DNA of 32,000 nucleotides, from the NCBI GenBank assembly GCA_016699205.1, contig CP064964.1, forward strand, positions 630,001 through 662,000. The letters are read 5' to 3'. The translations under genes and the position numbers were made by a program. The stretch is from Candidatus Saccharimonadota bacterium (lineage in GTDB: Bacteria > Patescibacteriota > Patescibacteriia > 2-12-FULL-60-25). This document shows positions 26,401 to 32,000 of this stretch, piece after piece (position 1 is the stretch's first letter; each line of letters starts with the position of its first letter). The notes beneath the pieces are model-generated. The model did no database searches. It saw nothing but the letters and a program-made list of their open reading frames with translations, and was not told the DNA's origin.

Positions 26401-26694
26401 GAGTGGGGTATTATCTACGATCAGAAAACTCGACGTCCTTTGGGAACGGTTATTGTTAGAATCTTTGATAAGAAGTTCAATAAGCTTTTGGAAACTCAGA
26501 TCACGGATTCCAAGGGGCGATATGGATTCTTTGCCTCTAAGAACTTTTATTTTGTGACGGCGGATAAAACAGGCTTTGAAAAGTACCGATCAGAGGACAT
26601 TGATCTCGTGAATGCGAAGGAAGCTGTGATTGATAAACACATTTCTCTTAAAAAACTTACTAACAATTTATCCACAGAAAAAAAGAAAGTTTAA
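23425..26694 (+). CDS. large surface protein: signal peptide, Gly-rich region, 3 FN3-like domains, Pro/Thr linker, CarboxypepD_reg-like domains alternating with TM segments
   Basis: Signal peptide ...APLAQTHA|ATL. FN3-like repeats (...TSLITWDTSEAATTYIVWG..., ...SALITWNTNIPASSIVDFG..., ...NSLNWNNPSDPDFSFVRIR...). Linker PPTSTPPTPPTPPTPPVVTPP. Three TDxKGR[FY]xF modules. Hydrophobic helices near aa 790-830 and 975-1015. Confidence 0.85.
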   Translation: MTKRFQRIFATVLSVLFVVAPLAQTHAATLTGRRDIMSRQEPSTLSNHEIRFITPSGVDAPSDTITINFPIGFNVAPITAGDVDLYHGAVTGFETNETVAATAAAGVWGAAVSGRTLTLTAPTDAAGGEIAVNDVVQVRIGTNAAGGTNQITNPTGGGGAVTISVGGTFGDAGGIDVFIETGDTIGISASIAATSTPGGGGGGGGSSGDLTPPSILNIQVLNITTSTSLITWDTSEAATTYIVWGTDIFYTLGTFSNPTYTIGHSVPLSGLPPGTVIHFRITAVDPGGNTTHSTDQTFTTLSIPAAPIITNVQAVAITDTSALITWNTNIPASSIVDFGLTAGYGSVATAPGDVTSHAVFLSGLSPVTPYHFRVQSTEPSALLTAVSGDFVFTTTGDITGPANVFGFTATPGNSQNSLNWNNPSDPDFSFVRIRARTDGYPSGPDDGRFVYQGNASSFIDAGLVNGVTYFYANYAFDGSGNRSSGAFAQATPFGLPLPPPTSTPPTPPTPPTPPVVTPPVGGGGTTTPPLPPIGAATPTPPIILPPTSTPPEELSAPAISIRPTYYAGGGSILLEPDISGAVGTAPGAPVLVRVPVTSLPSQPTSAVIRVGGSVYALSPLPGGTEWGATFVPSRGVERVPATVQFQLEDGRTAAASTVIETRPSGRVLERKGVTADLTPVPGAIVRLYESVNGQWQEWQGARYGQSNPVETGAPGAYGFVVRNGQYRVVVEKDGYVTQEKSLTVTRNYASIDVILPSEVDVPVVGPILEFLQSETARDTANIAAPIAVALALANLAAAASLFSLLNYIWFLLTQPILLVGRKKRDKWGIVYNSLSKHPLDLAVVRLIQAQTRTVVQTRVTDAKGRFAFRVRPGLYRIEVVKPGFVFPTVFLKEEKEDVDFVDLYHGENIEVKEEANIAVNIPLDPAKAEETPFAIRAKRFLRHAQHAFSLLSVIVTIIALIIAPSWLLVGLLALQVLTYFLFRRLALPKKPKEWGIIYDQKTRRPLGTVIVRIFDKKFNKLLETQITDSKGRYGFFASKNFYFVTADKTGFEKYRSEDIDLVNAKEAVIDKHISLKKLTNNLSTEKKKV

Positions 26695-26717
26695 AACTAA
26701 TTTAATTAGCTAATATT

Positions 26718-26741
26718 AGCACCGTATGAACGGTGCTTTTA
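26718..26741 (+). terminator. intrinsic terminator
   Basis: AGCACCG-tatgaa-CGGTGCT followed by tttat. Confidence 0.6.
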
Positions 26742-26949
26742 TAAAACCTTATACTTGATGTGAGCTTAAAAAACCGCTTAGTCCACAACTAAACGGGGAT
26801 TGGTTCCTAGGTCTACGCTGCGAGTAGGAGAGTTTCCTTCGCTATCGATTGGGGAATCGAAAGCACTTATAAGGAAAAATGGTCTGCTCTTCTGCGAGTA
26901 ACACGTAGTCATGTTGTGACTGGCGTTAAATGCGCCTGTCGATTCTGAC

Positions 26950-29865
26950 GTGCAAACTCATCGTACTTTTATCGAATCTGTAATCGCATCCCCATGCGAG
27001 TTATTTGCGTTTATAAAGCGATTTTTCAGCTCCCAAGACCAGGGACGCGGAACAAGAATCGCAACGTTGGTAGCAGGTATCGTGATGACATTCGGAATAT
27101 TTGGCGCGCAAAGTGCGAGTGCGGCTATTCCGAAGGTTATTAACTATCAATCGCGATTAAGAAATAGTGGTTTATCAGCCATTACGGCTTCAACAACGAT
27201 TCAGTTTACGATTTATAACGATTTGTCGGCTGGATCGTATACAGATCCTGCGACTGCTGGTGGTCCGTTGCTTTGGAAAGAAATTCACGACGGAGGTGCT
27301 TGTGCCAAGGCTCAGCCTGATGCGGATGGTTATTTCTCTGTTCAGCTCGGTGCTTGTACGGCTTTCCCGTCCTATATTGATTGGAATCAGCCGCTTTACT
27401 TAGGTGTGCAGATCGAATCTGATCCGGAAGCATCTCCTCGCGTGCTTTTGGCGGCATTTCAATATGCTTTGAACTCGGATGCGGTTGATACGTTCAGCGC
27501 ATCGTCGACGGCTGCTGCAGATACCTTGCTCGCGCTCGACTCGAATCTCAATTTCAACATTCTAACCGGGGGCTTCTTGGGCGGTTACTTCACGATGAGC
27601 TCGACCACCGCTAATAACGGTATTGCGGGCAACCTCTCTATCGCTGGAAACTCCATTATTGGTGATAGCTCAGCGGATTTGGTCACGGTTAACGGTCGAT
27701 TTAACTCTGATCTGATTCCTTCGCTTGATCTTACGTATAGCCTTGGATCGGCATCGAATCGATGGAATGCGTTCCTTGGTAACGTGACGAGCGTGAATGT
27801 TACGAGTAGTAACTTCTTTACTGACACGCTTGTCGCGACTAATGGCACGGTAACTAACAATTTTGGTGTTACAAACATTGTTTGGACGAATGCGACGGGC
27901 ACCAATACCACCTCGACCAATCTTTTCTCGACAAATTTTGGTGCGACAACGGCAACTATTCAGAATTTGGTGTTGGGATCGCCGCTTAATCTCACAAACC
28001 TTACTTGGGTAAATGGAACGGGCACCAATACAACGTCGACGTATTTCTTTGCGAATACATCGACGATTGTCAGTTTGAACTCGACCTATGGATCGTTTAC
28101 GGAATTGACGATTGTTAATGCAACCGCAGGAACATTGAACGCAACAACGGTTACGACCACAAATTTGTTTGTCGGTGGGCGAGCCGTCTGTCTTGAGGAT
28201 GGGACGAATTGTCTTACCTCTCCTGAGACGGACAGCTTGCTTACGGTTACAAACAGGGGATCGGTTGCAACAGCAACGGTTACGCTTTTTGGTGGACTAG
28301 TTAGTGCAAATCTTACGGTTACAGGGACGAGCAACTTACAGGGAACAACGTTTACCAATGCAACGGGAACAAATTTAGTGGTGACGAATGTCACATCGAC
28401 GAATGCAAGCTCGTCGAATCTGCAAGCCAATATCGCCACCTTCGCCACGGCCACTGTCTCAGGCCAGGCTATCTGTCTCTCCAATGGCGTTGGCTGTCCT
28501 TCGACTTCGGCTGAAGCCGACACCCTCGCCTCGGTGACGAACCGTGGAGCCTTTGCGACTTCAAGCGTCACCTTGTTTGGCGGCCTCACGGTTTCCAACC
28601 TCACGGCCACGGGTACCACTTCTCTCCAGAACACCACCATCAGCAATGGCACAACCACCAACTTCGCGGTTACGGGTGCCGTCAATTCCAACCTCATCCC
28701 GGCCGCTGATCTTGCATTCTCGCTTGGAAACGCTACCAATCGCTGGAATGCGAATCTTGGGAACGTGACGAGTACTTCGGTCACGACCACCAATCTCTTT
28801 GCGACCAATGCCTTCGTCGATACCCTCGGCGTCACCACCTTCAGCGCCTCTTCGGGCACGATCACGAACTTCCTGTTTGCCAATGCCACGGGTACCAATC
28901 TCTTTGTTACGAACTTCAATGCCGGTACTGGATCGATCAACAATTTCACCAGCAACTCTTCGACGATTACGAACCTCTTCTCGCCCGCGGCCACGTTCAC
29001 GTCTTCCTCGATCGTGAACCTCACCGCCACGACCGCGACCATCACGAACTTGGTCCTTGGTTCACCTCTCAATCTCACCAATATCACCTGGGTGAATGCG
29101 ACGGGTACCAATACGACTTCAACGAATCTCTTTGCCACCACCTTCGGCTTTACCAATGCGACGGGCGACTCGCTCACTTCGAACATCGCCAACATCAACA
29201 CCCTCACTTCGGTGAATGGTTCGATCACGACGCTCACTTCCACTTCCGGCACCATCGCCACCTTCAACTTTGAGAATGCCACCGGTTCCTCCCTCTACGC
29301 CTCTACGATCCAGGCGACGACGGTGTCTTCGACGGCCGTGTTCGTCAACGGCGTTGCTGTGTGTCTCGCTTCCGGCACCAACTGTCCGACAGGAACCACG
29401 CCAAATCTCCAGACCGTGACGAATGCCGGCAATACGACGACGCGTGCCATCCAGTTTGCTGGCGGTACTTCGACTGCCGACTTTGTCTTCAATACCTCGG
29501 CCACGGTCAACGGTATCTTCACGGCCAACGGTCAGAGCAATCTCCAGAACGTTTCGTTCTTGAATGCCACTGGTTCGTCCCTCTTCGTCTCCTCCTTACG
29601 GCCACCAACGGCACCATCGATACCTTGGTCTCGACCAATGGCACGATCACTTCCTTGTCGGCAGTCTCCGTCACGACCACGAACCTGCTCGCTGCCTCCA
29701 CCACGGTCACGGGCACGCTCACGGCAAACAATGCGACGGCGACCACACTGCAAGCCAATATCGCCACCTTCGCTACGGCCACTGTTTCAGGCCAGGCTAT
29801 CTGTCTCTCCAATGGCGTTGGCTGTCCTTCGACTTCGGCTGAAGCCGACACCCTCGCCTCGGTGA
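26950..29865 (+). CDS. giant Asn/Thr/Ser-rich fibre-like surface protein, 5' segment (native frame ends near 29597; the last ~90 codons of the ORF are out-of-frame)
   Basis: Signal/TM region RGTRIATLVAGIVMTFGIFGAQSASA. An N-terminal IPKVINYQSRL...FTIYN...LLWKE...GYFSVQLG...LYLGVQI domain of the kind seen in proteins annotated as tail-fiber domain-containing. Repeated LGxAxNRWNA and V.G.A[IV]CL..G..C motifs. The tail LRPPTAPSIPWSRPMARS... is P/R/S-rich frameshift junk. The GTG start is uncertain. Confidence 0.7.
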   Translation: MQTHRTFIESVIASPCELFAFIKRFFSSQDQGRGTRIATLVAGIVMTFGIFGAQSASAAIPKVINYQSRLRNSGLSAITASTTIQFTIYNDLSAGSYTDPATAGGPLLWKEIHDGGACAKAQPDADGYFSVQLGACTAFPSYIDWNQPLYLGVQIESDPEASPRVLLAAFQYALNSDAVDTFSASSTAAADTLLALDSNLNFNILTGGFLGGYFTMSSTTANNGIAGNLSIAGNSIIGDSSADLVTVNGRFNSDLIPSLDLTYSLGSASNRWNAFLGNVTSVNVTSSNFFTDTLVATNGTVTNNFGVTNIVWTNATGTNTTSTNLFSTNFGATTATIQNLVLGSPLNLTNLTWVNGTGTNTTSTYFFANTSTIVSLNSTYGSFTELTIVNATAGTLNATTVTTTNLFVGGRAVCLEDGTNCLTSPETDSLLTVTNRGSVATATVTLFGGLVSANLTVTGTSNLQGTTFTNATGTNLVVTNVTSTNASSSNLQANIATFATATVSGQAICLSNGVGCPSTSAEADTLASVTNRGAFATSSVTLFGGLTVSNLTATGTTSLQNTTISNGTTTNFAVTGAVNSNLIPAADLAFSLGNATNRWNANLGNVTSTSVTTTNLFATNAFVDTLGVTTFSASSGTITNFLFANATGTNLFVTNFNAGTGSINNFTSNSSTITNLFSPAATFTSSSIVNLTATTATITNLVLGSPLNLTNITWVNATGTNTTSTNLFATTFGFTNATGDSLTSNIANINTLTSVNGSITTLTSTSGTIATFNFENATGSSLYASTIQATTVSSTAVFVNGVAVCLASGTNCPTGTTPNLQTVTNAGNTTTRAIQFAGGTSTADFVFNTSATVNGIFTANGQSNLQNVSFLNATGSSLFVSSLRPPTAPSIPWSRPMARSLPCRQSPSRPRTCSLPPPRSRARSRQTMRRRPHCKPISPPSLRPLFQARLSVSPMALAVLRLRLKPTPSPR

Positions 29866-32000
29866 CGAACCGTGGAGCCTTTGCGACTTCAAGCGTCACC
29901 TTGTTTGGCGGCCTCACGGTTTCTGACCTCACGGCCACGGGTACCACTTCTCTCCAGAACACGACCATCAGCAATGGCACAACCACCAACTTCGCGGTCA
30001 CAGGCCTCGTCAATTCCAATCTCATCCCAGCCGCTGATCTTGCGTTCTCGCTTGGAAACGCTACCAATCGCTGGAATGCGAATCTTGGGAACGTGACGAG
30101 TACTTCGGTCACGACCACCAATCTCTTTGCGACCAATGCCTTCGTCGATACCCTCGGCGTCACCACCTTCAGCGCCTCTTCGGGCACGATCACGAACTTC
30201 CTGTTTGCCAATGCCACGGGTACCAATCTCTTTGTCACGAACTTCAATGCCGGTACTGGATCGATCAACAATTTCACCAGCAACTCTTCGACGATTACGA
30301 ACCTCTTCTCGCCCGCGGCCACGTTCACGTCTTCCTCGATCGTGAACCTCACCGCCACGACCGCGACCATCACGAACTTGGTCCTTGGTTCACCGCTCAA
30401 TCTCACCAATATCACCTGGGTGAATGCGACGGGTACCAATACGACTTCAACGAATCTCTTTGCCACCACCTTCGGCTTCACGAATGCCACGGGCGACTCG
30501 CTCACCTCGAACATCGCCACCATCAACACCCTCACCTCGGTGAATGGTTCGATTACGACGCTCACTTCCACTTCCGGCACCATCGCCACCTTCAACTTTG
30601 AGAATGCCACCGGTTCCTCCCTCTACGCCTCTACGATCCAGGCGACGACGGTGTCTTCGACGGCCGTGTTCGTCAACGGCGTTGCGGTGTGTCTCGCTTC
30701 CGGCACCAACTGCCCGACAGGAACCACGCCAAATCTCCAGACCGTCACGAATGCCGGCAATACGACGACGAATGCCATCCAGTTTGCGGGCGGTACTTCC
30801 ACGGCCGACTTTGTCTTCAATACCTCGGCCACGGTCAACGGTATCTTCACGGCCAACGGTCAGAGCAATCTCCAGAACGTTCTGTTTACGAATGCGACGG
30901 GCATCCTTGTTCGTCTCCTCCTTACGGCCACCAACGGCACCATCGATACCTTGGTCTCGACCAATGGCACGATCACTTCCTTGTCGGCAGTCTCCGTCAC
31001 GACCACGAACCTGCTCGCTGCCTCCACCACGGTCACGGGCACGCTCACGGCAAACAATGCGACGGCGACCACACTGCAAGCCAATATCGCCACCTTCGCT
31101 ACGGCCACTGTTTCAGGCCAGGCTATCTGTCTCTCCAATGGCGTTGGCTGTCCTTCGACTTCGGCTGAAGCCGACACCCTCGCCTCGGTGACGAACCGTG
31201 GAGCCTTTGCGACTTCAAGCGTCACCTTGTTTGGCGGCCTCACGGTTTCTGACCTCACGGCCACGGGTACCACTTCTCTCCAGAACACGACCATCAGCAA
31301 TGGCACAACCACCAACTTCGCGGTCACAGGCCTCGTCAATTCCAATCTCATCCCAGCCGCTGATCTTGCGTTCTCGCTTGGAAACGCTACCAATCGCTGG
31401 AATGCGAATCTTGGGAACGTGACGAGTACTTCGGTCACGACCACCAATCTCTTTGCGACCAATGCCTTCGTCGATACCCTTGGCGTCACCACCTTCAGCG
31501 CCTCTTCCGGCACGATCACGAACTTCCTGTTTGCCAATGCCACGGGTACCAATCTCTTTGTCACGAACTTCAATGCCGGTACTGGATCGATCAACAATTT
31601 CACCAGCAACTCTTCGACGATTACGAACCTCTTCTCGCCCGCGGCCACGTTCACGTCTTCCTCGATCGTGAACCTCACCGCCACGACCGCGACCATCACG
31701 AACTTGGTCCTTGGTTCACCGCTCAATCTCACCAATATCACCTGGGTGAATGCGACGGGTACCAATACGACTTCAACGAATCTCTTTGCCACCACCTTCG
31801 GCTTCACGAATGCCACGGGCGACTCGCTCACCTCGAACATCGCCACCATCAACACCCTCACCTCGGTGAATGGTTCGATTACGACGCTCACTTCCACTTC
31901 CGGCACCATCGCCACCTTCAACTTTGAGAATGCCACCGGTTCCTCCCTCTACGCCAACACGATCCAGGCGACGACGGTGTCTTCGACGGCCGTGTTCGTC
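28420..32000 (+). repeat. tandem repeat, 1326-bp (442-codon) unit, about 2.7 copies, continuing past window end
   Basis: The same landmarks recur at 28544/29872/31198, giving offsets of 1328 and then 1326 nt. By eye, copies 2 and 3 differ at only three sites (five nt). Copy 1 differs at a few dozen positions. Confidence 0.9.
29598..32000 (+). CDS. giant fibre-like surface protein, 3' continuation in the -1 frame (open to window end; not in ORF track)
   Basis: My own translation of the frame whose codons start at positions divisible by 3 is stop-free from before 29598 to 32000. It reads TATNGTIDTLVSTNGTITSLSAVSVTTTNLLAAST...QANIATFATATVSGQAICLSNGVGCPSTSAEADTLASVTNRGAFATSS..., the same protein repeat as the upstream segment. 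Confidence 0.65.

Noticed and set aside
29564-31191. Plus-strand ORFs in alternative frames of the repeats (for example 29564-29842, 29872-30096, 30544-31191, 30689-31168).
   Set aside because: Their P/R/S/H-rich sequences are typical of out-of-frame reading through GC-rich codons. They repeat only because the DNA repeats.
28086-31936. Three long minus-strand ORFs (28086-29282, 29519-30610, 30860-31936; each begins MAFSKLKVAMVPEVEVSVV...) inside the tandem repeats.
   Set aside because: They are antisense shadows of the strongly codon-biased plus-strand gene. They have V/E/K/A-rich, low-information sequence and no signal peptide or SD. Their boundaries simply follow the repeat period. The plus strand carries the continuous, motif-rich exported protein.

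Overview
Origin-proximal chromosome segment from a small, streamlined bacterium. I infer a CPR/Patescibacteria-like organism from the ComEC-only competence gene, a DUF167 gene, core genes that mostly lack Shine-Dalgarno (SD) sequences and have short leaders, and very large exported surface proteins. Recognisable core genes are comEC, ychF, tig, a yggU-like gene, yidD-rnpA-rpmH diverging from dnaA-dnaN (with an oriC-like spacer of DnaA boxes and AT-rich DNA), a class A PBP, a 3D-domain wall hydrolase, tRNA-Cys, polA, a holA-like gene, rpsT, tRNA-Arg and tRNA-Ala. Four things stand out. (1) A ~1.2 kb ORF-free region (20.3-21.5 kb) carries nine copies of the consensus parS palindrome TGTTTCACGTGAAACA. 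They include a duplicated 3-site cassette flanking tRNA-Ala, and a ~300 bp (TTAG)n/(GAA)n microsatellite is embedded among them. This is a compact centromere-like array about 10 kb from oriC. (2) Immediately downstream lies a cluster of four exported proteins (21.5 to beyond 32 kb). It ends in a giant Asn/Thr-rich fibre-like protein built from near-identical 1326 bp tandem repeats. That gene has a frame break at the first repeat junction, an apparently compensated junction at the second, and a sharp switch in codon composition within the gene. (3) Several visibly GC-richer islands of orphan genes, each with a strong SD, are interleaved with the core genes. (4) A consistent promoter pattern, TTGACR-N17-TAnnnT, could be read upstream of twelve transcription units. 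All GC statements are by eye, not computed. No database search was possible.
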